Below are positions 20,923 through 30,762 of a DNA stretch of 64,000 bases, one piece after another (the first letter of the stretch is position 1; every line of letters starts with the position of its first letter). This DNA comes from a virus. The stretch is taken from positions 1-64,000 of the IMG/VR virus record IMGVR_UViG_3300002026_000004; one strand, written 5' to 3'. The notes beneath the pieces were generated by a model. The model had not been told where the DNA came from and searched no databases. It saw only the letters and a list, made by a program, of their open reading frames with translations. The position numbers and the translations under genes are program-made.

Positions 20923-22992
20923 CTATAGGTTTGTAGTTTGATTTACGTTATTTAAGACCATTTCTACATATTCAGCAAATGGAGTTACCTTTACTCTAAC
21001 TTTAACTACGAACTTATTCTGCATCTTAGTCTCATCATTGTTAACAGAAACATCGTTAATTAAAACTTTAGCATCAGTCCATATTGCTGTAGCACCTTGT
21101 AGTCTTTTATTAACAATAATTTCGCATTGTGATTGTCTTAATTCTAAGTAGAATGGGCTTATTGCTTTACCAATCTGAGGAATTAATATGTTTTGTTTTA
21201 TTTCTCTCTTTAGTAAATCAAAAGCCATAGCATGACCTAAGAAAGACCAATCTGTTAAGAAAATAGCAGAAGCGGCTGTTTTTTGTGAAGTTAACATTAA
21301 TCCGTAGAAAGAATCTTTAACAATAGGATTAACACCAGCGGCATCTAGTGTATCTAAATGGTCTGCTGTAAACTTATATTTAGCTTTCTTTACTGAACGA
21401 TTTAATTGTCCACCTAAACCACTACCATCATTAGTAAACATTGGGGCCGTGCCGCCTAATTTAATATCCATTATCTTAGCTAAATTAGCGGCAACTGTTC
21501 CAATAATAGGAGTATAGTAATCGTCTCCATACGCATCTCTAACTAAGAACTCATTACAAGTATAGGTTAATCCACCTAAAGTATTTGGTAAAGAAGCTCT
21601 AGTAACAGCAATAGCGGCAACAGCAGTACTAGTATCTGAAGAAGCATTTTTAATAGGAGCTACAAATGTGGCTGTAAGATGTATCCCTGACCGTAATGAT
21701 GCCATTGTTGTCTTTAATGAATCAATACCTGAGTTATCAAAGAAGATATTAACTTCTTCATAATCTGGGTCATTAGCTTCAGTCCAACCTAATGCTAGTG
21801 TTCCTGCTAAATCTGAGGAATCTACGAAGGTAGAACTAAGAACAACACGAGTTCCTGTAACATCTTTAGTAATAGGAGAAGAGAAGTTCCAAGTTCCGGT
21901 TGTATCAAAATAATCTTGATATACTTTTGAACCAATATACCATAATGTTTTATTAGCAAATACATCTTCATAGAATAATGATTGGTTATAACCATCAACA
22001 GCAGTAGGCTCAGGAGAACAAATAATAGTTGAAGAAGTATATTCTACTGTGCTTCCATCTGTTTCAGTAAAACTAAATGAAATTGTATTGTAATAAGGAT
22101 TATCAGTTAAAGGAACTCCAACTTGTTCATCTAAATCTACACCTTTAAAGGTAAAAGATGTTCCTGTTTGTCTAGGAGAGTTCTGATAGAAAGTTTGAAT
22201 TACAAACTGTTCGATATTTAATAACCAAGAAACACTTGTTAATGTAACATTAGCAGGAGTAGATAAAAATACATCTAAGTCACCAGCACCAGTAAAGTCT
22301 AATGTTTCTACAGTAGCATTACCAGAAAGAACTATTTGGGATGTAGTAGTTCCAACAACAATATCACCAACAACAATATCAGCGGCAATAGCTCCACCAG
22401 AAAGGTTTACGTTCCCTATATCTGTAGAAACTACAGTACCAACTATTTTTAATTTTACTAAAACAGTTCCTGTAGCACCAGGAGTATGTGCTGATAATGG
22501 ATAAGATATTTCTATTTTAGATACACCTGTACCAAAATATTCATTTTTGATTGATGCTATTGTTAAATCATTAGTAGCGTAAGCTTTTGTAGTTCCTGTA
22601 CTTAAAGGAGATAGAGAATTACTTGCTACTACTCTTGCTAAGAAATTTGGATTCTCAGGGTCAGTAACTTCATGAAAGTCCTCAAAAGAAGCTAAGGTTG
22701 TTGCATAAACTCCACCATAATAATTGGTTAATTCACTCTTAACTCCTGGTGGTGCTGAAACGTATAAAGAATAGTTATTATTAAATTCAATCATCTCTTG
22801 AATATCTGGGTAATCTTTAGTAGGATTACCAAATCTTGCTCTTAACTGATATTCAGCACCTTGAGGGAATTTCATAGGGATAGTATTTCCTCTAGGAGCT
22901 TTAATTGTTGTATAACCAATAATAGCTGTGTCTCCACCAGGAAGGTATGCGCTGTCATTCTGGTCAATAAAATTTATACGATTTGTTTGCAC
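20923..22992 (-). CDS. Contractile tail sheath protein (T4 gp18-like); start reassigned to GTG at 22992
   Basis: RARFGNP, LDTLDAAGVNPI, MLTSQKT, NKFVVKVRVKVTPFAEYV; GAGGA lies 8 nt upstream of GTG 22992. Confidence 0.9.
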   Translation of the reverse strand: MQTNRINFIDQNDSAYLPGGDTAIIGYTTIKAPRGNTIPMKFPQGAEYQLRARFGNPTKDYPDIQEMIEFNNNYSLYVSAPPGVKSELTNYYGGVYATTLASFEDFHEVTDPENPNFLARVVASNSLSPLSTGTTKAYATNDLTIASIKNEYFGTGVSKIEISYPLSAHTPGATGTVLVKLKIVGTVVSTDIGNVNLSGGAIAADIVVGDIVVGTTTSQIVLSGNATVETLDFTGAGDLDVFLSTPANVTLTSVSWLLNIEQFVIQTFYQNSPRQTGTSFTFKGVDLDEQVGVPLTDNPYYNTISFSFTETDGSTVEYTSSTIICSPEPTAVDGYNQSLFYEDVFANKTLWYIGSKVYQDYFDTTGTWNFSSPITKDVTGTRVVLSSTFVDSSDLAGTLALGWTEANDPDYEEVNIFFDNSGIDSLKTTMASLRSGIHLTATFVAPIKNASSDTSTAVAAIAVTRASLPNTLGGLTYTCNEFLVRDAYGDDYYTPIIGTVAANLAKIMDIKLGGTAPMFTNDGSGLGGQLNRSVKKAKYKFTADHLDTLDAAGVNPIVKDSFYGLMLTSQKTAASAIFLTDWSFLGHAMAFDLLKREIKQNILIPQIGKAISPFYLELRQSQCEIIVNKRLQGATAIWTDAKVLINDVSVNNDETKMQNKFVVKVRVKVTPFAEYVEMVLNNVNQTTNL

Positions 22993-23078
22993 GGTTATAT
23001 TCCTCACTTAATATTAGTAATAATTTCATTTACTATACCTAATTAGTAATTAGCTTAGATGGTAGGATTGCTCTTCAT

Positions 23079-24191
23079 TTAGAATAAAAGCCCTATCATT
23101 CCTTTTAAAGTCTTCTGGTTCTCAGGGTCAACAGTTTCAAATGTTTTAGATAACTTTACGACTTGCCCTGTTAACGAAGTAAAGTAAATATTAGCAATAT
23201 ATGTAGATTCAGGCTCTAACTCAGTAAAACTATATGTTTTATTAGTTGTAGTTACATACGCTTGTAAACCATTATTTAACATAACTAAAACTTCTGAAGC
23301 ATAATTAGGTAGTGCTAATACATTATAATCCCAAACTAATGTTGCTGAAGTTTCTGTTATCGGAGTTACATCAAAGGTAGCTGATAATGTTGGGTCAGGA
23401 GTAAATTGTGATATAATATCCATAACTATATTTTCTTCATTTAATAATGGGTCATTTTTATAAGACATAAAATCTAATATTGACTCTCTAGTAATAAAGA
23501 ACTGACCGATTTCTGATTCTGCTGGCATTACTTCAAACATATTTGAAGCTGACCCTGAAGCATATTGGTCCATTAAGACTGACTTAATATTAATTGAAGC
23601 TCTAATAGTTATAACTCTATTCTCTTCTAACCATTCTTTTTCTTTATATTCATTAGTCCAATTTAGGTTTTCTACAGTGAATATAATAGGGATATCAATA
23701 TTATAGTTTTTATATTTTAATCCAGAATAAGCAAATTGCTTTGGAGTAGGATTCTGCATCCACATTAATATATCATATGCATTTTGGGCATCATCATCTC
23801 TATTAAAATAGAATGTCATAGTATAATTCTGTTGAGTTTGTAAAAACCTTACATCAAAAGGAAGGTCTTCACTTAAAGGAATTCCGAATAATGCGGCTTG
23901 AGGGGATTGAATACCATGACGAGTATCCATAGACCAATTTTTTTCTCTAAAGTAATTAGCAAAAGGAAACTGTAATTGATTAGCTTGTATTGAAGTATAA
24001 GGAGGAGTTAAAGTAGGATATAACTTATTTATTCTTTGTCTAAAAGCAAACTCATCAGAACAAAACATTACCCTAGAAGCGTCACCTTTGAATATTTCTT
24101 GAGCAATGTATTTTTCTATTGCCATGAACACGATATAAGTAGTGTTTGCTATTTTACGAGGTTCATAATATCTAGTTTCAACTAATTCCAC
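23079..24191 (-). CDS. Tail terminator/sheath stabiliser (gp15-like) with a C-terminal fibronectin-III domain
   Basis: Upstream of the sheath; ITETSATLVWD...YSFTELEPESTY Fn3 signature. Confidence 0.6.
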   Translation of the reverse strand: MELVETRYYEPRKIANTTYIVFMAIEKYIAQEIFKGDASRVMFCSDEFAFRQRINKLYPTLTPPYTSIQANQLQFPFANYFREKNWSMDTRHGIQSPQAALFGIPLSEDLPFDVRFLQTQQNYTMTFYFNRDDDAQNAYDILMWMQNPTPKQFAYSGLKYKNYNIDIPIIFTVENLNWTNEYKEKEWLEENRVITIRASINIKSVLMDQYASGSASNMFEVMPAESEIGQFFITRESILDFMSYKNDPLLNEENIVMDIISQFTPDPTLSATFDVTPITETSATLVWDYNVLALPNYASEVLVMLNNGLQAYVTTTNKTYSFTELEPESTYIANIYFTSLTGQVVKLSKTFETVDPENQKTLKGMIGLLF

Positions 24192-24197
24192 AGAGTT

Positions 24198-24236
24198 CTC
24201 CTATACCAATACTATAATTAGTATTTAGTATAGGAG
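24198..24236 (-). promoter_or_regulatory. RBS-sequestering hairpin with an internal late promoter
   Basis: CTCCTATAC-TAAATACT-aattat-AGTATT-G-GTATAGGAG; the 3' arm is the RBS of the gene starting at 24191; ACTAATTA at 24215-24222. Confidence 0.7.
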
Positions 24237-24239
24237 TGG

Positions 24240-25163
24240 TTAAAATCGTTTATTGAAGGCTTCTCTTCTTTTTTCAGACCAAGGTTTTCCTTTACTAGCT
24301 AAACTCATTTTTAGTTTAGTTTCTTCAGAGTGTTTACGACCTAAAAAATTTTTTAGTCCTTTATGAGCTTCACCTATTTTTCTCCTAGCTTCTTCAGAAT
24401 GTTTACGACCTTTATTAGCTTTACTTATTTTTAGTTTAGTTTCTTCAGAAAGTTTACGACCTAGACCCTTTATTCCTTTACTAGCTAAACTCATTTTTAG
24501 TTTAGTTTCTTCAGAAAGTTTACGACCTTTATTAGCTTTACTTATTTTTAGTTTAGTTTCTTCAGAAGCTTTGTGACCTAAATTAGATTTTTTTCCTAAA
24601 TTAGCTTTACTTATTTTTAGTTTAGTTTCTTCAGAATGTTTACGACCTTTTCTAACTTCACTCCATTTTTTTTTAGTTTCTTCAGAAAATTTGAAACCTT
24701 TATGAGATTCCCTCCATTTATTTATAGTTTCTTCAGAGCGTTTACGACCTCTACCAGCTTCACCTATTTTTCTCCTAGCTTCTTCTGAGGGTTTACGACC
24801 TTTTAGAGTTTTACTTATTTTTAATCTAATTTCTTCAGATATTAAACCTCCACTCCCCCCACCTTTTTTATTATACCCAAAATTGTTAGACATAGAGTTA
24901 TATTCTATAATAAGTTTGTTTTCTAAAGAATCTAATATATTTTGAGTAATCTCATTCTCATTAAAAGAATGAAGTATTTCAAAACTAAAGTTTTCTATTC
25001 CATATTTAATAATGGAGGAATAAAGATGTTTATGCCTTGGGCTTTTACTTTTAAATCTGTGCTTATGGCTCTCCCAACGCTTATAAATATTCCAACTTTG
25101 ACCTATATATACTTTATTATTTACTAAATTTGTTATTTTATAAATACCTATTATCTTTTCCAA
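24240..25163 (-). mobile_element. Free-standing GIY-YIG homing endonuclease with tandem NUMOD3 repeats
   Basis: GIYKITNLVNNKVYIGQS; repeated KGRKHSEETKLKISKA units. Confidence 0.93.
24270..24840 (-). repeat. NUMOD3 coding tandem repeats
   Basis: Repeated (H/L)SEE(T/A)KLK(I/M)S units with near-identical DNA copies (tttagtttagtttcttcagaa). Confidence 0.9.
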
Positions 25164-25214
25164 TAATATAGCTCCAATAATTTTGTTATAATTAAATTAA
25201 AAGATTATTAAACC

Positions 25215-26207
25215 TTAACTTGCTGTTGAGTAATATATAATCTTATCCCGTAGTTTTTGACTTAATTGTGAACCCTTTTCTAAAATCCAATCATTTAAAA
25301 AGAAATTAAGACCACCTGTAACTTCCGCAGAGGTTACTTGTTCAAATGCTTTTGTATCAATAGTAGATGAATAATTACATTTACGAATAAACATATTAGG
25401 TTTAGAATAGTGTATTTTAATTAAATCCATATCCTGAGCATTATTAACAGTCCATACAACTACTTTTGCTTTTGTTCTAGGTAGAATATCAGGGTATGTT
25501 ACTTCTTTATACTCTAAGAAATCTCTAGGTAACTCTTCATAATTACATTGAAGGTCACTACCAATTTTATTAATCTTAGCTATATATCTAGGAAAGTCAT
25601 TCTCAGCAACAGAGTTAGGAATTACTGAACCTATATACCCAATGTCTTTATATTCACCAGAATGAATATGACCATATATCCTTAATTTAGATTTTAAGTG
25701 AGATACATCTACTTTATCTATAGAAGGAAATGGACAACGAGAATCAGTAAAATGACCAAAGATTACATCATATTCTTTATCATCAGGGTATTTATTATAA
25801 TCCTGTAATGATTTAGTACCATCAGGGTATACATGGGGTAGAAATAGGCAACTAACATTATCAATAACTTCTGGACCCATTGAAGTAAATACTTTAACAT
25901 TTGTAGTTAATTTTAAGTTTAATAAAAACTCATATGTCAATGAGAGTTTTCCATTTCTAATTTCACCTTCGTGGTTACCAACGCATATATAAGTATTACT
26001 ATATTTTAATCCAACAAAAAGTCTACGAACAGCTTCAGTAACACTTCCATCTACTGAAGCTTTATCAGTAATATCCCCTAATAATACTAAAGTATTTTCC
26101 TTAGTGTTATCATTAGAATCTAAAATCCAATCAATAATAGAATTAGATACTGCCATTGACCAGGGACGAGAATTAGATAAATGTAAATCACCAATAGTTA
26201 TAATCAT
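25215..26207 (-). CDS. Mre11/SbcD-like nuclease (T4 gp47-like)
   Basis: IGDLH, LLGDITD, VGNHE, FGH, YGHIH, YIGS. Confidence 0.9.
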   Translation of the reverse strand: MIITIGDLHLSNSRPWSMAVSNSIIDWILDSNDNTKENTLVLLGDITDKASVDGSVTEAVRRLFVGLKYSNTYICVGNHEGEIRNGKLSLTYEFLLNLKLTTNVKVFTSMGPEVIDNVSCLFLPHVYPDGTKSLQDYNKYPDDKEYDVIFGHFTDSRCPFPSIDKVDVSHLKSKLRIYGHIHSGEYKDIGYIGSVIPNSVAENDFPRYIAKINKIGSDLQCNYEELPRDFLEYKEVTYPDILPRTKAKVVVWTVNNAQDMDLIKIHYSKPNMFIRKCNYSSTIDTKAFEQVTSAEVTGGLNFFLNDWILEKGSQLSQKLRDKIIYYSTAS

Positions 26208-26224
26208 AATACCCTCTCATTGTA

Positions 26225-26253
26225 AGTATATACTTAATTATGTATTTTGGCTA
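26225..26253 (-). promoter_or_regulatory. Middle-class promoter TAGCCA-N17-TATACT
   Basis: Exact 17-nt spacer; same motif at four other replication genes. Confidence 0.75.
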
Positions 26254-26606
26254 TTAAATTCTTTACATTCATAACCGTTTTTATTCAACCATTCAGCAAC
26301 CAAGTGTCTATGACAAAACTCTTCAGGTTTCTCGTAACATAATAAAGTAAACTCAGTAGTTTTTACTAAATTTGTTAGTTTATTAACAATCTCTACTGCC
26401 ACTAATGGTCCTAATACTTCTTCATTAAAAGCCTTAGTATAATCAGCAATAGTATACTTACCTTCTTTATATAATTTAAAGAACCAGTATTGAGGAGCTA
26501 GTAACTTAAACTCTAAACCTAAATACCAATTAGGACATTTACCAGCAATTGATATTACTGGTGTATTAATACTACTACTATTATTATAGTAAGAAGTATA
26601 TATCAT
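26238..26606 (-). CDS. DUF488-like protein
   Basis: MIYTSYY, LAP, LLCYEKPEEFCHRHLVAEWL. Confidence 0.8.
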   Translation of the reverse strand: MIYTSYYNNSSSINTPVISIAGKCPNWYLGLEFKLLAPQYWFFKLYKEGKYTIADYTKAFNEEVLGPLVAVEIVNKLTNLVKTTEFTLLCYEKPEEFCHRHLVAEWLNKNGYECKEFNSQNT

Positions 26607-26953
26607 TTATCAAACTTCGCTTTTAATTCTTCATATAACTTTCTATCCTCTTCTTCTTGTCTCCTACTTCTAACTTCTAACTCTTCTTTCTTACGTCTTG
26701 CTCTAAAATCTTCTTCTAATAGCCTTAATTGAATTTCTTCTTCAGTTTCTTCATGGCATTTCATAATCTTAAAATATGTTTTTATGTCGTCGGACCATTC
26801 GGAGGATTCAATATCGATTTCCAAATGTTCATTCTTAAACAGTTCGTCCTTATATAGACCTACAATAGAATCCCATAATTCTTGAGGATTGGTAAATGTC
26901 ATTACGTCAAAGTAGTTAGTATCAATTTCTTCTAAACATGTTCTAATTATCAT
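26603..26953 (-). CDS. Hypothetical early protein (coiled-coil C-terminus)
   Basis: ORF in a tight operon; ends LYEELKAKFDK. Confidence 0.65.
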   Translation of the reverse strand: MIIRTCLEEIDTNYFDVMTFTNPQELWDSIVGLYKDELFKNEHLEIDIESSEWSDDIKTYFKIMKCHEETEEEIQLRLLEEDFRARRKKEELEVRSRRQEEEDRKLYEELKAKFDK

Positions 26954-27325
26954 TTAGTCCTCCACTAATTCTTGATTAGCATCTCTCCAATAAATAGTGT
27001 AGCCTTTTCCGCATTTGCAATGATATTCGTCTGAGTCCATTATTTGCATTCTTGACTTATAAAGTAATAGTCCACAAGAAGGACACAATCTATCAGTACC
27101 ATGACAAGCTTTTTCAAAGTTCCAATTATACCTAATTAAATTGTTATAGCATTCCATTATACCAAAGCCTGAAACTTCTTTTACTTTATAAATAAGGTTT
27201 CTTTGTTCATCGGATAGTGCTGAACTACCTATGTGTGATTGAGATTTACTGTAGTCTAAATTAACATCATCTGCAATATGGTCAGACCAACTTGATGTTG
27301 AACCATCTTCGTGAATATAAGACAT
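26954..27325 (-). CDS. Protein with an EF-Ts N-terminal (UBA-like) domain and a Zn ribbon
   Basis: VKEVSGFGIMECYNNLIRYNWNFEKA resembles the EF-Ts N-terminus; CPSC...CKC. Confidence 0.55.
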   Translation of the reverse strand: MSYIHEDGSTSSWSDHIADDVNLDYSKSQSHIGSSALSDEQRNLIYKVKEVSGFGIMECYNNLIRYNWNFEKACHGTDRLCPSCGLLLYKSRMQIMDSDEYHCKCGKGYTIYWRDANQELVED

Positions 27326-27538
27326 TTAGGCATTTCCTGTTATCATAGCATTAAAGACCATTCCCTTCTTATAGATAACTCTTCCTCCCTTCATTAACAT
27401 CCCATTCCTATTTATCTTAGGAACTTTCCAAGTAACAGAAACAGCAGAGTCAGATGAGTAACCAGCGTACTCGCAAATTTCTTCATAGGTAATAATCCTA
27501 TCTAATTTTCGTTCTTCACCATTAAGAATTATTTTCAT
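27326..27538 (-). CDS. Stand-alone ubiquitin-like beta-grasp protein (Multi-ubiquitin-like)
   Basis: IILNGEER...ITYEEI...VSVTW...GMLMKG...KKGMVFNAMITGNA. Confidence 0.65.
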   Translation of the reverse strand: MKIILNGEERKLDRIITYEEICEYAGYSSDSAVSVTWKVPKINRNGMLMKGGRVIYKKGMVFNAMITGNA

Positions 27539-27831
27539 ACTAATACCTCTTTCATCTTATTATATTCATCAATAGAAATCAATGCTACCATATTTTCAAT
27601 ATTAGCATTGTAAACCTTTTGAATAATATTGTAAACTATTAAATCAAAATTGTCAATGAATTCCTTTTCAGAAAAATGTTTAGTTTCCATAGGAAGGTTC
27701 AATTCTTCATTCATACGCTTTGTAAGAATAACATTAACTAGCTCATTAAAAGTAATATTATTTTCGTGAGCTTGTTTTGCTAATGTTAAAAAGTCATTAT
27801 CACTAATATCGATTTGAACTTCTTCACTCAT
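27535..27831 (-). CDS. Small ribbon-helix-helix-like protein; start reassigned to ATG at 27831
   Basis: AGGAG RBS; VQIDISDNDFLTLAKQAHENNITFNELVNVIL. Confidence 0.55.
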   Translation of the reverse strand: MSEEVQIDISDNDFLTLAKQAHENNITFNELVNVILTKRMNEELNLPMETKHFSEKEFIDNFDLIVYNIIQKVYNANIENMVALISIDEYNKMKEVLV

Positions 27832-27988
27832 TTTCAAGACTCCTTTTGTAAAGCCGAATACCAAAATTCTTATGGCCAACTATAAAAAGAATAGCAAACC
27901 ATGATCCTGACTTTTTATCAAAGGCTATTGTGGGAAATACCCAGCATTGCGGAATATAGGCAGGGGTGTTATGCAGAATCTGAATCAT
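27824..27988 (-). CDS. Small hypothetical protein (54 aa)
   Basis: Hand-translated MIQILHNTPAYIPQCWVFP...KRSLENE; fills a gap in the operon. Confidence 0.45.
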   Translation of the reverse strand: MIQILHNTPAYIPQCWVFPTIAFDKKSGSWFAILFIVGHKNFGIRLYKRSLENE

Positions 27989-28280
27989 TTTGTTTATCCT
28001 TTATAAAATCTATGTATGATTCAAGTTCTGATAGTTCTAAATCAGGTCTGCCTTCTACAATTCTTCCACTATTTTCTTCATAGATAAAAGAATCTCCAAA
28101 TCTGGATTTTATTCTATAAATAGTATTAAGGACCATTTTAGGGTCATCATCCTTTTCTATCTTTAATAACATCATAACGTTAGAACCTAAACATTCAGCG
28201 TCAGTAGTAATTTTCTTTATATGAAAATCTTCAAAAGTTTTCTTTTTACCTAAAATACCATCAACGGTTAGTATAATCAT
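27969..28280 (-). CDS. Hypothetical protein
   Basis: ORF in an overlapping operon. Confidence 0.6.
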   Translation of the reverse strand: MIILTVDGILGKKKTFEDFHIKKITTDAECLGSNVMMLLKIEKDDDPKMVLNTIYRIKSRFGDSFIYEENSGRIVEGRPDLELSELESYIDFIKDKQNDSDSA

Positions 28281-28573
28281 TTGTTTAATCCTGTTTGATT
28301 TCTAAACTTTGATAAACGCTTTTCGTAGTTTTCATCAATTACTTTCATTGACCTCATGAATTTGGTAAAAGGTGTAATTAAGATATCTTCAACCATATTA
28401 TTCCAAGAAACTTTCAATGGGTATGATTTATAATCGACTTTATAATCCATCATAACTAATTCTACAGGGCTTGACACATCGGCTGTGGACGTAGAAGTGA
28501 CGGTATATGGTATGCGATTAGCTTCTACATCAGATTTCATCGTTAAAAATTGTTTAAGATTTCCCATTGTCAC
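28277..28573 (-). CDS. Hypothetical protein
   Basis: ORF in an overlapping operon. Confidence 0.6.
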   Translation of the reverse strand: MTMGNLKQFLTMKSDVEANRIPYTVTSTSTADVSSPVELVMMDYKVDYKSYPLKVSWNNMVEDILITPFTKFMRSMKVIDENYEKRLSKFRNQTGLNK

Positions 28574-28740
28574 TTTTGAACCCTCTTCAATACTCTTAAA
28601 TCAAAGGTATTTTCTTGAGAATGACCAGTTGTATCAACCCAAACGCAAATTGCATTAGGATTAGCCCATTCGATAACGCAATTCACTGTCATCTTTGGGC
28701 CACCACTATTCAGCTTAACTATATCGCCTACTTTAATCAT
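28570..28740 (-). CDS. YodC/DUF2158-family small protein (56 aa)
   Basis: Hand-translated MIKVGDIVKLNSGGPKMTV...CVW...F. Confidence 0.8.
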   Translation of the reverse strand: MIKVGDIVKLNSGGPKMTVNCVIEWANPNAICVWVDTTGHSQENTFDLRVLKRVQK

Positions 28741-28913
28741 TTTTCTTCCTTATAATAAGAACAAGATAATAGTTGCTTATAATAAATCTTAAAAGGATGA
28801 ATAGATTCTTCACCCTTAAAGGTAGGGTTCGCTTGTTTATTTAAGCAGAACCCCTTTAATTCATTTTGATGATAAAAGATATAAGATATACACGTTTTAC
28901 AATTAACCTTCAT
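28737..28913 (-). CDS. Small Cys-rich hypothetical protein (58 aa)
   Basis: Hand-translated MKVNCKTCISY...GFC...SCSYYKEEK; GAGG RBS. Confidence 0.55.
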   Translation of the reverse strand: MKVNCKTCISYIFYHQNELKGFCLNKQANPTFKGEESIHPFKIYYKQLLSCSYYKEEK

Positions 28914-28936
28914 TTTTAGAGCCTCTATAATAAAGT

Positions 28937-29335
28937 TTAATTGCCGATGCTATTATCATATTTTTCCTTCAATCGCTTTAATGTTTCTCTTTCCTTAATT
29001 TCTATTTTTTCTTTTTCCTTTTGTATAGATAATAATTGTTTTTGTTTATCTTCTTCAACCTTTTTTCTAATCTCAAAATAATATTTCTCTCTAGCTTCTA
29101 AACTAGATAAAATTTCAGTAGGGAAAGTATACCAATAAGATTCTTCTCCCCCATACTGCCAATACTCAGTACCTTCAAATTCAACTGAACCATAATCAAG
29201 TTCTTTAAAATGTAAGTATTTAAATCCTTCTATTGGACAAATCCTATTAAGTTCTTCTAAAATAGAAGATGCTAATTCATCAATATCTTTTTGTTCTATT
29301 AAAAAAGAATCAACGTCTATAATTTTATTATTCAT
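28937..29335 (-). CDS. Hypothetical early protein
   Basis: ORF; ends LKRLKEKYD, like the protein at 26603. Confidence 0.65.
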   Translation of the reverse strand: MNNKIIDVDSFLIEQKDIDELASSILEELNRICPIEGFKYLHFKELDYGSVEFEGTEYWQYGGEESYWYTFPTEILSSLEAREKYYFEIRKKVEEDKQKQLLSIQKEKEKIEIKERETLKRLKEKYDNSIGN

Positions 29336-29733
29336 TCTCTACTCTTTAAGAATTCTGCAAGGTCTACTTCGGCCATTTCTTGTGCTATTTTAATAGCCTT
29401 ATATTTCATAGATTCAAAGTATTGTTTATCAATTATCTTTTGTATAGCAGTTTCTTGAACTTTAGTAAGTGGAGTAGGTGTAAACTTTAAATCAGAAAGC
29501 TGTTCGTAAATTACTTCCTTTAGCTTTATGTATAAAGGAGAAGAAGAGCTTACTTCCCAATGACTCCAACGATATTGTAATCCGATAGAATTACACATTG
29601 TTTCTTTCATTTTCTCTAATATAGATGTTCTAACTTCTTCAGCAAGATTTTTAATTTCTTTATCAGAAAGACAAATTTCAACTTCTTTATCAATAAGCTC
29701 TTTCATCTTTTCTAGTCGTTCAGATTTCTTCAT
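29332..29733 (-). CDS. Hypothetical early protein
   Basis: First gene after a sigma70-type promoter; GAGG RBS. Confidence 0.65.
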   Translation of the reverse strand: MKKSERLEKMKELIDKEVEICLSDKEIKNLAEEVRTSILEKMKETMCNSIGLQYRWSHWEVSSSSPLYIKLKEVIYEQLSDLKFTPTPLTKVQETAIQKIIDKQYFESMKYKAIKIAQEMAEVDLAEFLKSRE

Positions 29734-29753
29734 TTTAGATACCTCTATAAGTA

Positions 29754-29782
29754 AGTATATACTATTTTTACATAATTGTCAA
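29754..29782 (-). promoter_or_regulatory. Early sigma70-type promoter
   Basis: TTGACA-N17-TATACT. Confidence 0.85.
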
Positions 29783-29787
29783 CAAAA

Positions 29788-30744
29788 TTATTGACTTTTT
29801 GGTATTATTCTTGGTGTTTTAATTCCACCGAAAGTAAACTTAATTTCAGCTTTCTCAGAACCATAGAGTATCTTATTCAATGCTGATTTAAGTTTTTCTG
29901 AGCCTCTGCCTGTAGTATAATGGGATAGAAATTGTTCATCAGAGACAGGTAATGCAGTTATTAACTGATAGTTAACTTTTAGTTCATTCTCTCTATCTTT
30001 AATTAAACTAACAAATTCCTTTAAATAATCCTTTTGACTAGCATATAGAATTAAATCAAATACAGAATCAAAATCATTTAGAATCTTTCTTTTTATCTCT
30101 GGCTTAATCTCAGGGAAAACTTGTGAAATGTTATCAGCAGTATCGCCGAATAATACTTTATCTAAAACTACTTTATCTTCAGTAGGGGTATAACCATGTT
30201 TATAAATAAACTCGGTAACACCTTTAGGAGAATCATAAATATTAGGTAAGTATAGAATAGAGTCAGTAAGGTACTTAGTCCAATCAGAATCATTAGTAAT
30301 TAATAATGCTGTTAAATCTTTTACTATTGTTCTTAAACAAGGTAATACTAAATCATCAGCTTCTAATTTCATAATTTGAACTGTATGAAAGTTTGTATCT
30401 GTAACCATGTAATAATACTTAATAAAATCTAATGACCAATAGAACTCATCGGTTTCTCTTTTTCTGTTAGCTTTATACGTTTCTTTTATTTCTTTTCTAC
30501 CAATGCCAGCAACAGGAGTAAAAGCTAATCGTAATTCTTCTTTAGAATTATGATTATCGAATAATAATATTACTTCTGAAGAGGAGTAGGTCTTAACCAA
30601 AGTATTAATAGTTTCTATATATTTAGAAACAAAGTTCTTATAAATGAACTTGTTTGATACTCTAGTTATGGACCTATCAATAACTGAATTTATTACATGG
30701 TAGCCTAAGTTGTTAGCATCTATAATGAGGTATTTGAACTCCAT
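29788..30744 (-). CDS. rnh: 5'-3' exonuclease/flap endonuclease (T4 RNase H-like)
   Basis: LIIDANN, YKANR, LEADD, ITNDSD, LFGDTADNI. Confidence 0.9.
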   Translation of the reverse strand: MEFKYLIIDANNLGYHVINSVIDRSITRVSNKFIYKNFVSKYIETINTLVKTYSSSEVILLFDNHNSKEELRLAFTPVAGIGRKEIKETYKANRKRETDEFYWSLDFIKYYYMVTDTNFHTVQIMKLEADDLVLPCLRTIVKDLTALLITNDSDWTKYLTDSILYLPNIYDSPKGVTEFIYKHGYTPTEDKVVLDKVLFGDTADNISQVFPEIKPEIKRKILNDFDSVFDLILYASQKDYLKEFVSLIKDRENELKVNYQLITALPVSDEQFLSHYTTGRGSEKLKSALNKILYGSEKAEIKFTFGGIKTPRIIPKSQ

Positions 30745-30762
30745 CCCTACTCCCCTTTTTAT

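Noticed and set aside
24270-24840. Regularly spaced DNA repeats resembling a CRISPR array
   Set aside because: In-frame NUMOD3 protein repeats with no unique spacers and no cas genes
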